Source of the DNA: the human T2T-CHM13v2.0 reference genome, Homo sapiens
NCBI RefSeq assembly: GCF_009914755.1
Contig: NC_060936.1
Length of the DNA: 64,000 bases
Direction: 5' to 3' (one strand)
Within the stretch, counting starts at the first letter, position 1. Every line of letters starts with the position of its first letter. The notes beneath the pieces were generated by a model. That model was given only the letters and a program-made list of their open reading frames with translations, was not told the DNA's origin and searched no databases. Both the position numbers and the translations under genes were made by a program. This document shows, one piece after another, positions 1-18,413 of this stretch.

Positions 1-1112
<1,112 letters not shown>

Positions 1113-1537
1113 AGCTTAGTGTTACCATTTACTGAATACTTTATGTGCCCCATACTCAAGACAAGCCAGTGAGTACATCTCTTATCCCCACTTAGCAAAA
1201 CAGGTTCAGGGAGATTAAGTGCTTTGCCCAAGGTCACATACTAGGAAGTCATAGAGCTGAGACACACAAAGCCCTAAGATTCACTTAGCCACCAAGCTGT
1301 ATTGATCAAAAGTTTTTAATAGTTTCCATTACATATCTAATAATACTCAATAAAATAGAAATATTTATTGTGTGTATATAAACAATACATTAATATGTAT
1401 GCCATATATATATATATGTATATCTCCTACAAATTGATGAAAAAAATTCAATAGAAAAATGGGCAAAGAATATGATCAAGTAATTCACACATACAAAAAA
1501 TACAAATGGTAATTAATAAATATTTGAAAAGGTATAT

Positions 1538-1683
1538 GGCCAGGCATGGTGGCTTACGCCTGTAATCCCAGCACTTTGGGAGGCTAAGGCATGAGGATCA
1601 CATGAGCCCAGGAGTTTGAGAACAGCCTAGGCAACATAGCAAGACCCCCCCGCCCAATTTAAAAAGTTTAAAAAAAAAAAAAA
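1538..1683 (+). mobile_element. FLAM/Alu monomer
   Basis: Single Alu arm with A tail, inside L1ME-like debris. Confidence 0.85.
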
Positions 1684-1874
1684 GGATGTATGAATTCACT
1701 AGTAATCAGAGAAATGCAAATTAACACAAGACAATTGTTGGTTCATTATAAAGACAAAATTTAAAGATGTCTAATATTCAGCCACAGAGAGTGAAAGGAA
1801 CTTGGTACTCATACATTGTTGGTGTGCATTAAGAGTAATAGCCACTTAATATTACCTATCAGAATTTAAAATTT

Positions 1875-2188
1875 ACTGAGTGCAGTGGTGCGTGCCTGTA
1901 GTCCCTGCTATTCAGGAGGCTGAGGTGGAAGGATCGCTCAAGTCTAGGAATTCTGACCTGTAGTGCACTATGCTGATCTGGTGTCCACACTAAGTTTGGC
2001 ATTAATGTGGTGACCTCCGGGAGCAGGGGACCACCAGGTTACCTAAGAAAGGGTGAGCCAGCCCAGGTCAGAAATGAAGCAGGTCAGAACTCCCATGCTG
2101 ATGAGTAGTGGGATCATACCTGTGAATAGACACTGCACTCCAGCCTGGGCAACACAGTGAGACCTTGTCTCTTAAAAAAAAAAAAAAA
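1875..2188 (+). pseudogene. 7SL (SRP RNA) processed pseudogene, full length
   Basis: Alu-domain ends enclose the S-domain (gtgcactatgctgatctggtgtccacactaagtttggcattaatgtggtgacctccgggagcagggg...caggtcagaaatgaagcaggtcagaactccc); ends tctctt + poly(A); TSD-like aatttaaaattt (1863-1874) / aattgaaaattt (2187-2198); many CpG-decay substitutions. Confidence 0.95.
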
Positions 2189-3472
2189 TTGAAAATTTAC
2201 CATTTGATCAAGTAACTTCACTGATAGGAAATACTTTCATGTGTAAGGATGTTCATTGCTTGTTTTAATAGTGAAAAAATAGATATAAACCAAATGTCTA
2301 CCTATGTCTACATAATTTCATGTAAATTCTCAGAAAAATATTACCAGGAGTTATTTTGGGGGAAAGCAGTGAAACTGGAGCTGGTGTTGGGGAGCATGAG
2401 TAAAGGGCTAGCAAAACTGTTTCCCTTTCTGCATGAGAACTCGACCTTTGGTGGCCAGTAAGGATCTTGCTGTGGGAACCTAAGCAGTGCTGCTAGGTAG
2501 ACTGCTGCAGGGAGTCCTGGAAGGACATGCCCATGGCCCGATGGCAATCTATGCTTCCTTTGGAGTATCCGCTGAAGTATCTGAGTGTGGTCTAGATTGT
2601 GAGTTCATGTTTAGTTGAACCTAAAAAGACCTCCTGTTGGGCAGAGCTGGAAATTAAAAGTAAATTTGTAAGTTAAAAATTAGTTCATATACACCATCCA
2701 TTTCAGCCAGTAGGATCTTCATGCTGTTCCTTAAATGTACTCTGAGGTTTCTTGTCTCTCACACGTTCTACTTTCTTTTGTTAAAGTATTTCCTTCCTTC
2801 CAGGCTGAAATTGCCTGCCAGCAAGTAAGCTCACCCTCCTCTAAACTACCTTAGCATCTTGCTTGCCTCTGTTTCACGGTGTTCAGCTCACCTAGAAAGG
2901 GAAAACTGGAATGGGTGATCTCCCAGATGCAGCTGTGAACCTAGGATTTTAACCCTAGATTTGTATTCCCATTCTTCAGACGGTAAGCTTTTTGGTGAAA
3001 GAGGAGGCGTTAGTCTTGTTTATCTTGGTAAGTGTGTGTAAAGCCCTTGGTAAGCCTCTCATCTGGGAAGTGCTCCATGGCATTTTACTGTTCCCTGCCA
3101 ATTAACTTCCAGGGCCCGTCCTGGAACTATTCCACACCAGGGCCTAAGTCTAGTTACAGATCTTGGCTTTTCCTCTCTCTATTCTAGCCTGTCTCAATGC
3201 CAGGCACAGAGTCTGGTCCAGTTGTGTTCCAAGATATCACAAATAAATACATAGCTCACTACATGTCAAAAGTGAAAACCCCTAGATTTGGCCTAAAATG
3301 GGGCCATTCGTGTGGGCCTAATTATGCTAGGGTTGTTCCTATACCTAAAATTTTAGGAGGTTAGACAAATATATAGTATGCTTTTTGTTGAGGTTTGGTG
3401 ACCATAACTAAGCTATTTTTGTATCTCCAAAGAGCAACCTAAAGTCCCAGGACTGCTCTGTCCAGTCTTCTA

Positions 3473-4106
<634 letters not shown>

Positions 4107-4263
4107 CTGATGTTTCTCTAGACTGGGACTGTATAAGAATCACCAACCCCAAGGGGACCTTTGTGATTTGCTCTGTGAATTCAAAGTAAAAACCTGAGAT
4201 TTGGCCTTTGTAAATGTTCTGAACTGACAAGATTAGTTCAAGTTACCCTATTAAAAGGGATTT

Positions 4264-4627
<364 letters not shown>

Positions 4628-4714
4628 TTAATGTTATGCAAAGCTTGTCACCTACCTGTTCATGAATGTGGCAAAGGAATTGCATCATGAGGAATTCATT
4701 TCCTAACCTCCTAA

Positions 4715-5280
4715 GTGCATTGCAATTTGGCTTCTTCCTTCACTTTGATACCCAAATTATCAGACATCTTCTTGAGGCCACATCCAAACAAGCAGTTTTC
4801 AGGGCTTATTTTATATGACCTCTCAGAAGCATTTGACAAAATTGACCACTTTCTTTTACTTGAAAATTCCTTTCTCTTTCTTCTCTCTCTTTCACCATGA
4901 TTTTTTTGTTTCTTTTTTTTCCTCCAGTCCTTTTGGCCAATTCTTCTCAGTCTCTTTCAGCATTTCCTCTTCCTCTGTTCATTCTGTAAATGTGTCTTAT
5001 TCTCTAAGGTTCTATTCTGAACCATCTTCTTTTCCCCTTACTTACCCATGGTTTCAAACACAATTTCACGCTAATTGTCACAAGTCTAGATTTCCAGCCC
5101 AAATTCCCATGCTGAGCTCTAGACTCTCCATTCTGTTACCTCCTAAATGATATATTTGGGTGTTCTGCAGGCACCTCAATTGAGCATGTTCCAAGCTTAA
5201 CTTATCTCCTATTTCAATCTTCTCCCCATCATGAATTTCCTACTCTGTTAGATGGCATTAGTACCAATGCAGTTGCTTGT
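4715..5280 (+). mobile_element. L2 fragment
   Basis: gacctctcagaagcatttgacaaaattgaccac...ggcacctcaa...agcatgttccaa. Confidence 0.7.
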
Positions 5281-5686
5281 TGCTATGGTTTAAATGTCCT
5301 TTCCAAAGCTCGTGCTAAAATTTGGTTGCCATTGTGACAGTGTTGGGTGAGACCTTTGGGAGCAGAGCCCTCATTGAATGGATTAAAGCTGTTTTCTCAG
5401 AGGTGGGTTAGTTATTTTGGGAGTGGGTTAGTTATTGTGGGAGTGGACTCCTGATGAAAGATGAGTTTGGCCCTCATTTTCTCTCTGGCTCTTGCACTCA
5501 CTTGCCTTTCTGCTTTCATCGAATGGGAGGATAGAACAAGAAGACCCTGACCAGATGGCCAAGCAGATGCCAGTGCCATACCCTGGGACTTCCCAGCCTC
5601 CAGAACCATGAGCGAAATATATGCCTTTTCTTTGTAAATTACCCAGTCTGTTACTCTGTTTTAGCAGTTGAAAATGAACTAAGACA
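5281..5686 (+). mobile_element. MaLR solo LTR (MST-type)
   Basis: tgctatggtttaaatgtcc...ggacttcccagcctccagaac...gaactaagaca. Confidence 0.85.
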
Positions 5687-6144
5687 CCCATGTTGTCAAT
5701 AGTAGATAGGATCTCTCCATTCTAGGTTCCTCTGGTGAGAACTGCAACCCTCCACTCACATAGGTGGGTTCTGTGGCCATGTTTATATTATGTGACCCTT
5801 CCCTCTGCCTTGATTAGACTTGGGTGGGTGCTTAACCCAATCCGGATTAATCAGACTGTCTCCTGGGATTATCTTCAGCTACTGCTAATTCTTGAACTAG
5901 AGCTGGTACAGCTATGTGCATGGAGAAGAGCAGAAAGCTGGTATATAGAGAGAGAATGAAGTTGATACACAGAAAGAAGCAGAGAGAGAGAGGAAGATAC
6001 GGCCTTGGATAGAGTAATCTTGTCTCTGCTCTTCTCACTCACCACCTGCCTGTGTCAAAGCCTGCAGGGCAGCCCATGTACCCAGATCACCACTTTCTGG
6101 ATACAAATAGTTTTGCCTCTAAACTTTTGTAATTGATTCCTATG

Positions 6145-6852
6145 CAGTAGTTCCCACCCTTATCTGTGGGGGATACATTCCTAGACACCCAGTGGATGCC
6201 TGAAACTTCAAATAGAACTAAACTCTATAAGCACTATGTTCTTTCCTATGCATACATGTCTATGATAAAGTTTAATTTATAAATTAGGCACAGTAAGAGA
6301 TTAACGACAATAACTAATAATAAAATAGAACAATTATAACAATGTATTGGTCTCGATTTCATGGATAGATGATTCATTCTTACTAAAGAAGACCTTTAGT
6401 GACCTCAGCGTACAATTTTTTTTCTTTCCTTATTAAGTCAAAAACTTTCACCTTTTCACTTAAAAGAAGCACTTACGGCTTCTCTTTGGCATATTCAAAT
6501 TGCCAGCATCACTACTCTTGCGCTTTGGGGCCATTATTAAGTAAAATAAGGGTTACTTTGAACACAAGCACTGTGATACTACGACAGTGAATTTGATAAC
6601 AGGCTGACTACTAAGTGACTAATAGGCGGGTAATGCAGACAGCGTGGATCTGCTGGACACAGGGATGATTCATGCCCTGGGCAGGATGGAGTGGAACTGC
6701 AAGAGATTCCATCCTGCTACTCAGAACAGTGTACAATTTAAAACTTTATGAAACTTTCTGGAATTTTCCATGGAATATTTTTGGACTGCAGTTGACCACA
6801 GGTAATTGAAACTGAAATGGAAAGCAAAACCGTGAATACGGGAGGACCACTA
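6145..6852 (+). mobile_element. MER44-like Tigger (TcMar) element
   Basis: cagtagttcccacccttatctgtgggggatacatt...cagtggatgcctgaaac; degenerate inverted end gaatacgggaggaccacta. Confidence 0.8.
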
Positions 6853-7300
6853 TATAAATTCCACCTATTGAATTATCTGATATGAGTTTTGTGTTCCTGG
6901 CTGGATCTTGACTGAGGTAGCTAACTTTGCAAATAAGCACATACAACTCTACATCATTTAAAACCTGCCTATGTTCCACTATATGAATGTTCTATGATTT
7001 ATTTAATCATTGGCTATTGATAAACATTTGTTTCCAATTATTTTGCTACTACAATCAGTGGTGTAATGACCATCTTTGCATATGTATGCATTTCTATAGG
7101 ACAAATTTCTAGAAGTAAAATTGCTAGGTCAAGGAGAGTATGCATCTTAAATTTTTAATAATATTGTCAAATTTCTCTCAAAAGTTTGTACCTAATAATG
7201 CTTTCAACAACTGTGCGTTAGAGTACCTGTTTCTGTACACCCTGACCAACTCAATTGCAAATCTCACTGATGAAAGTATTACATCAATTTTGTTTAAGTA

Positions 7301-7516
7301 TTTTGTTTGTTTTTTTGAAACAAAGTCTCACTATGTGGCTCAGGCTGGAGTACAGTGGCACAAAAGTGTTTCACTGCAGCCTCCACCCCCTTGGTTCAAG
7401 TGATTCTCCTACGTCAGCCTCCTAAGTAGCTGGAACCACAGGTGCATGCCACTATGCCTGGATAATTTTTAAATTTTTTTATAGAGATAAGTTTTCACCA
7501 TGTTGCCCAGGCTGGA
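7301..7516 (-). mobile_element. AluJ, partial
   Basis: Antisense Alu lacking its 5' part, inside L1ME-like debris. Confidence 0.85.
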
Positions 7517-7726
7517 TATTTTATTGTTTTGCTTTGCATTTTTAAAAATTCTGAGTAAGATTGAGTATTTTTTGTACTTATTGTTCATCTGCATTTCTTT
7601 TTCTGTGAACGGCCATGTAACTGGTTTTATTTTTTGCTTTTTTCACTTAATATTATATGTCATGAACTTTTTCTAGAATAATTAAAAACATGATCAACAA
7701 GAACTGCATATTAGTCCATTCTATGA

Positions 7727-8095
<369 letters not shown>

Positions 8096-8130
8096 TAACA
8101 TTTATACATTCTTTTTTTTTTTTTTTCTAG

Positions 8131-8245
8131 AATCAAGAATGATTGAGAATAGGAACGGCTCAAGACGTTCACAACTAAGGCCATGAATAGCTAGGAATTC
8201 CCTTTAAGAGCAAAGGTTTTATCATCAGACAGACCTACTTGCAGG
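8131..8245 (+). other. Candidate non-coding exon (motif-only)
   Basis: poly(T)ctag acceptor ending 8130 and CAGG|GTGAGT donor; another strong acceptor tcttttgtttgtttttcag|G at 8449/8450. Confidence 0.3.
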
Positions 8246-8645
8246 GTGAGTAACTTCTCTAAGCTTCCATTTCCTCCTCTGAGGACTAAATGAGAAAGTG
8301 TATGGAACGTACTTTGCACAGTCCCTGGTACATGGTAGGTGCTGAATACATATTAATTAATTTAATATAAAATGAAAAATGGGCCTGTATTTTATGAAAA
8401 ATATTATAAGAGACACTTTTGATCTAGAATTCTTTTGTTTGTTTTTCAGGATTAGCATATATTGAGGCTGGGAATTGTTTGCCATATCCCTATTTCCTGG
8501 ATAGCTACTGTGAAGTCCTGCAGTGTTGTCACTTTCTTAATTGGACTTGTGAAGGGCCCAGAAAACTCCGTGCAGGATATTGTGAACCATAGCACTGAGA
8601 ATGTCATGATGCAGATGGAAGCTCCTGATACCAGTGGTCCAGTAG

Positions 8646-8981
<336 letters not shown>

Positions 8982-10049
8982 ACTTTTTGTCTTAACAATG
9001 GTTCTCACTGATTATTATGAGTTACGGATTGTTATGTTAACCACTGGGGTGGTGGGCTGAATCGGAAGAGAACTATCAAGAGTGTCTTATGTGGAGAGGA
9101 TCTTGAGTTTTACAATCTTCTGGGAAAACTACTCCTGGGAGATACTGTTGGGCATTACAAGATCATCGGAGTCATCAAAGATCCTTCGAACTTACTAGTG
9201 ACCCTTGAAAAGTTGAGACTAAGGAGAGTGTTGATCTAGTGCTAGTAACATCTTACATTTCTTTAGATTTGATACTAATTTCTCATTTTTATAGATGAGT
9301 GAATTCAGCGTGGATGACGGGAGAGAGATTGTAATGGTATAAATGCTTTGCTTGCTGTAGGTTGAGTATAGCTTGCCAAATGGGAGGTGTTAACACTTGT
9401 AAATTTGTAGATCAGAAATTATTGGGAAATAAAGGATGTGCGCATGTGCGTGCGTGTGTGTGTGCATGCATGTGTTTGAAGTTTTTGATACATATTGCCA
9501 GGTTGCCCTGTGAAAAGTTTACTCCAGTTTGCCCTGGCACCAGCAGGCTGTGAGGATGCCCATTTCCTCAGACAAATTTCTCCAGTCAAGAGGCACCTTC
9601 CAGAGAATTGTATCATGGTGATACAATTGATGATCCCCCAGCCTATGGCCCAAGTAGTCTCCAGAACTGCAGGCTTGAGGCAGCTCATCGCTCCAGCCTG
9701 AGTAGATTCCTTGTCCATCAATGTGAAGTTAAAACTACAGACTAGACCTTTCAATATGCTCTCATTCCTCTCACAGCTATTTTTGGAGCATCTATTGTGT
9801 GTCAGGGGCCTTTTCCTGTCTTAGAGCTCGCCCATCAAAAATAGTGAGACTCACAGTTACACATCATTAGAAATGCCATAATATTTAGAAACTACTTAGG
9901 TCTTAGAGAACCCCAGTTTCAGATTCTGTGAACTTGAGTAGGTTACTGGATTTCGCTGAGGCTCGGTTTTCTCTTGTTTACAATCGAGATTTTAATATAT
10001 ATATCAGACGGCTGACTTACACTGCCTGGCATATCTAGACACTGTAGAT

Positions 10050-11077
<1,028 letters not shown>

Positions 11078-12039
11078 AAACCATAAAATTCACTCACGTT
11101 AGCATATAATTCAATGGTTTTTAGTAAATTTGCAGAGTTGTGCAACCACTACCACAATCTGATTTTAGAGTATTTTTGTCTCCTCTAAAGAAGCCTTTTT
11201 GCCATTTGCAGTCACTCCCTACTCCCACTTTCAGCTCCAGGCAACCACTCATCTTCTTTGTACCTCAATAGATTTGCCTTTTCTGGGCTTTTCATATAAA
11301 TCATCTCCACTGAATAGGAAATTCTATATATTAAGAGTCAGCTCATTCTATATTCTTCTCAGCTTCTTATTAAAACTTCTTATAATGAGCCCAAATCTAC
11401 TGCCTTGTAACTTATTCTACACAGTTAACATATTCCTATCATAGTTTATTTTTAACAGAGGTCAGGCAAAAATTATTATATGTGCCACATAATTGTTGGA
11501 GTGAGGATGGAAATATTTAGTCAAAATGACCATTGTCATCATAATTTAAGAAATAACCACTTTATTTTTAGCAGTCGATAAGGAAAAAGATTGACAAAAG
11601 AAACTATAAGCAAGCATGCTGTTTTGAGTCGCCGGAGGATAGAGACGGCCCAAGAAGAATTTCAAGAGAACTGCTAATGAGAAACCTTCCGTGGTGAGAC
11701 TTGAACTGACAAGCTATTCCCCCAGGCTCCTCGGGAACATCTCATAACTAATCGGGACATTCCATCAAGACCACATGCACAGGGCCACAGCCTAGACAGC
11801 AGAGCATCCAAACCGCCAAAGAAAATGTTGAGGCTGCACCAATAAGGGACTTTGTGCAATGCCTCTTTTATTGAAAAAATCTATTTAAATGAAATCTTTC
11901 TAGGACATTATGTCAAAACTGCAACTGGAAACGTCTGCTTTTCTCACCTGGAAGAATTGCCCCTATTAAACCATAGTAACTATAAACAGTAATTATGTAT
12001 AGCTGTGCATAAGCATGCAAGTGTGTATCTATAGGTAAC

Positions 12040-13060
<1,021 letters not shown>

Positions 13061-13335
13061 TGAGGGTCGGGAGCAGTACACTTAATATGTCTGTGCAACT
13101 GCAGATTCATTTATCCAGCAAATATTTATAGCCACTATGCCATGTGCTGGGGTGCTGTGGCAACCAACTTGCTCACAGTCTCTCTTCTATTACTGTAAAC
13201 AACATGAGTTGACATGGATGGAAGGTTCCCTGCAGGTCAGGCTGGCTCTAAGCACTTGAAAGGTATTCTCTCTGAACCTGAACCTTATCTCAAGGGCTCA
13301 GGTGCCACTATTGTCCTCATTTAAAGGTGAGGCAA

Positions 13336-13740
<405 letters not shown>

Positions 13741-14097
13741 CTACAGAGTGCCTTCCTGAAGATGGCTGTGTGATGAGGGTTATAATAGGATGACATAGGA
13801 GGGAGAGCAGGAGGGCCACCTGGAGGAGGTGACATTGAAGCTGAGGCTTCATAGGAGTTAGCCAGGGGAAGAGTGGATATAGGGAGGAAAGAATGCAGCG
13901 GTGGAAGGGGGAGGGAAGAGCATGTGCAAAGAGAGACCTAGAAGTGAGAAAGCAGGACATTGGAAAGACAGAAAAAAAACCCCAGATGTTGCTGGATCCT
14001 AAGTGTGCTAGGGGTGTTTGCACAGAATGAACTAGAAACACTGGCAGAGAGTAGAAGTTTGGGTTCATTAAATCTGTTAACCAAAAATCTACTAATT

Positions 14098-14336
14098 GGC
14101 TGGGTGTAGGGCTCATGCCTACTATCCCACCACTGTGAGAGGCCAAGGTGGGAGGACCACTTGAGGAAAGGAGGGCAAGACCAGTCTGGCCAACAGAGTG
14201 AGACTTTGTCTCTACAAACAGTGTTTTAAAAATCAGCCAGTAATTTGAGGCTACAGTGAGCTGTGAACACACCACTGCACTCCAGCCTGGGCAACAAAGT
14301 GAGACCCTGTCTCTAAATGAAAAAAAAAAAAAAAAA
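14098..14336 (+). mobile_element. AluJ with internal deletion
   Basis: Left arm joined to the distal right arm; TSD ctactaattg. Confidence 0.85.
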
Positions 14337-14520
14337 CTACTAATTGCAGATTTGTCTTTAAAATTTTCTTCCTGGGATCTCACATTGGAAAACATATCAA
14401 TTGAAAGAGTGGATCTTAGAGTCACAGAAGAAACGGCAGCCTAAGAAGTAGCTTGCAGTGGGGTCTTCAACGCCCCCCCCCCATCTTCATCCCCCCGTCA
14501 ATCTAACCCAAAATGCACTA

Positions 14521-14848
<328 letters not shown>

Positions 14849-15172
14849 GCATGAGGTAGCTATGCAAACAGCTTCAAGAAAGTCTCCTGCTTACATTTCC
14901 ATCAAAGGGCTGCCCTAACCCTTCTAATACAAAAATTTTGTAGCCCCTGTTACAGACAAGTCTAATTGAATCCTGCTCTCCCATTTGTAGATACATGTCA
15001 TCTATAAACTTCATCTATCTACTCTCTAAAATTTACATGCTATTGCTCATCTCACAAGATCATCATCACTCTCTACTGAGCTAATGCATACTAATTGCAT
15101 ATTTGATACTTTTTATTCATTTGCAAAACTCAAATATCTAAGCAACGATTGCATGTTCTGAAAAAGAGAACA

Positions 15173-15482
15173 TTTTAATTTTATTTTTTAATTTTAACTT
15201 TTTAAAAGAGATACAGTCTTGCTCTGTCACCCAGGCTGGAATACAGTGGCACAATATAGTTCACTGCAGCCTCAAGCTCCTGGGTTCAAGTGATCCTACT
15301 CAGCCTCCCCAGTAGCTGGGACTACAGGAACATGCTACCGCGACTGGCTAATTTAAAACTTTTTTTGTAGATACGGGGTCTCACTTTGTTGCCCAGGCTA
15401 GTCTGAAACTCCTGGCCTCAAGTGAACCTCCCATCTTAGCCTCCAAAAGCACTGGACTAGCAGGCATGAGCCACCATGCCCG
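15173..15482 (-). mobile_element. AluJ
   Basis: Antisense dimer. Confidence 0.9.
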
Positions 15483-16050
15483 AAGAGTACATTTCTTATT
15501 GTCCCCCAAATTGGACAAATTATTTAGTCTTAAGCTATACAGGAATAGGAAAAGATTCAGATTCCACAAATTCTGTCCATTTCTGTCCAGAACATTTTAT
15601 TGAGTTTGCTTCAAAATAAGATGAACTTTCTTGGCATATAACGTCTGGAGGTAGGACAATGCACTGACTTCTTAAGCACAGAATCCCCTTGACTTCCAAA
15701 GTGAGACCTGGCTTGGCCCGCTGAAAAGTGCCTAGACTTTGAAGCCAGATGGATTTGAGATTAACTGGGGTGATGTCGTTGATTGCTCATCAGTGGCACT
15801 GGGAATGAATTCGCACTGTGTTGTACTTACGTGGCTTTCTTTCTCAGCGGAAATGTTGCCATCAGTTCTTTTTGGTATATCAATAATTTGGCAAGAAAGA
15901 AAGTCTCCATCAATGTATTATAGAGATTGGGGGACAAAAATCTGAGAAATGCTACCTAAATTCCTGCAGGATGCATGCAGATGTTCACAAAGAACGTACA
16001 CTAAGCAATTCAAAAAGCCACAGAATCATGCATGCTGAGTGCACACTTGC

Positions 16051-16074
16051 CTACATAAGGAGCAGCACTTTGAC
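16051..16074 (-). other. Candidate 24-nt microexon with GC donor (motif-only)
   Basis: Minus strand: long pyrimidine tract...cttctag|GTCAAAGTGCTGCTCCTTATGTAG|gcaagt, with GCATG/TGCATG motifs downstream. Confidence 0.35.
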
Positions 16075-16247
16075 CTAGAAGCCAGGGACCAGGAAGGCAG
16101 TAAGAGAGAAAGAAACAGGGGATGTTGATTCCCCTGTTGTCCTTTGCACCCCTCTACTTAGTAGATCTAACTTAAGTTGTTCAGTGGGCAAAAGTCCAGT
16201 GTACTCAGTAGCTCCAAACCAACATTTAGTGTCAAAAAGGTATTTGG

Positions 16248-16530
<283 letters not shown>

Positions 16531-16692
16531 GGTATTTGGAGCAAGCAATGGACCCAGTGACAGTAACAATTTCAAAGCAAGTAGAGATCCAATGGCAAAG
16601 ATGGGAGAGGAACAGCCTCAATGTGTAGGAAAAGGTGGCTATAACTACAAAAGCCAAGACTGTGTATGGGGACAGGTGAGGGAGAGGATTCA

Positions 16693-16819
16693 CTGCCTGT
16701 GATCCCCTGGCCAGTCGGGGATCCATCCATTTCACACATGGATGCCGAGAAAAAGATGTCTGAGAGGGCAGTGGGCAAGAAGAACAGTTGTGGCCGACTA
16801 GCGAGGGGATCACAGGCAG
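16693..16819. repeat. 26-bp inverted repeat (24/26 match), 75-bp spacer
   Basis: ctgcctgtgatcccctggccagtcgg (16693-16718) vs ccgactagcgaggggatcacaggcag (16794-16819). Confidence 0.9.
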
Positions 16820-17137
16820 AAACATCAACCCTTTAAGATGCCATGAGCATTGCTGCCTGAAGGTGGCATCTCTCACTCTGAAGAATTCCTGTGAAGATTA
16901 AGAAGCCTTGCAATACATTTTTGGAAGGTCAGTTCACATCTGTTTTCTATTTGTCATATTCTGTCAGCACTTCTGTGAGAACTGAGCCATTACACCAGCC
17001 TTGGAAGCCAGAGGCAGCTGGATCCTTCAGGCCTGGCATCTCCCAGGCCCGCGGTCCTACCTCAGTGGAGGAAGAGTGGGAACTGCTGTGCATTCCAACT
17101 TCAGTTCCCTGTGTGTGCCGCTGCCACCATCGCTCAC

Positions 17138-17263
17138 CTGCAAACTGCTTCAAAGAGCAAACAGGCACTAAGAATTCAGCCTGGTGAATCCATTGTTCTC
17201 CTCCCCATAAAACAACAAACAACTTAGAGGCTTTTCAATCCTCTGATGTGTTTAATTTGTTAT
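17138..17263 (-). other. Candidate non-coding exon, 126 nt (motif-only)
   Basis: Minus strand acceptor tttctttttcttttccttctttttgttgctag|A and donor CAG|GTGAGC; stops in all three frames. Confidence 0.35.
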
Positions 17264-17675
17264 CTAGCAACAAAAAGAAGGAAAAGAAAAAGAAATTCTC
17301 CCAAATTCTATGCAATTTACAGTCCTGCAACTACATACGGAACTGGGATTTGCCTGAGAGACATATTGCAAAACAATCGGCCCCAAGGAAAATTCCAGAA
17401 CTCAACAACACTCACAGTGGCCTAGTGATGGTTATCAGAATGGTGTTTCTAAATGGTGCTTATCAGTGTGCAGAGTCACTTATCACCAGTAGGCAAAGAG
17501 TTCCATGGATGTGGTTCAAAGGGCAGCCCAAGAAGCACCTGGGTCACATTCCTGCCCATCTGCCTGCAGCCCTCCCACGCCAGTAGGTAACCTAGACTTG
17601 CTTCACAGGGTCGGGGTTTGGGAAGACAAGGCATCTATGACAGGCTACTTCGCTCAGATCAATGTGTAACAATCA

Positions 17676-18072
<397 letters not shown>

Positions 18073-18095
18073 TACTCAAGTTGGTCATGGCTTAA

Positions 18096-18413
<318 letters not shown>

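Noticed and set aside
2523-2532. GGACATGCCC p53 motif
   Set aside because: Only one half-site; the adjacent decamers do not match
2981-3056. Three G|GTAAG donor-like motifs within 75 bp
   Set aside because: They lie in a decayed L2 3' end whose consensus contains tgtaagct; no linked acceptor or promoter evidence
3265-3430. Possible NUMT because of skewed composition
   Set aside because: I could not match it to any mitochondrial rRNA, tRNA or coding sequence
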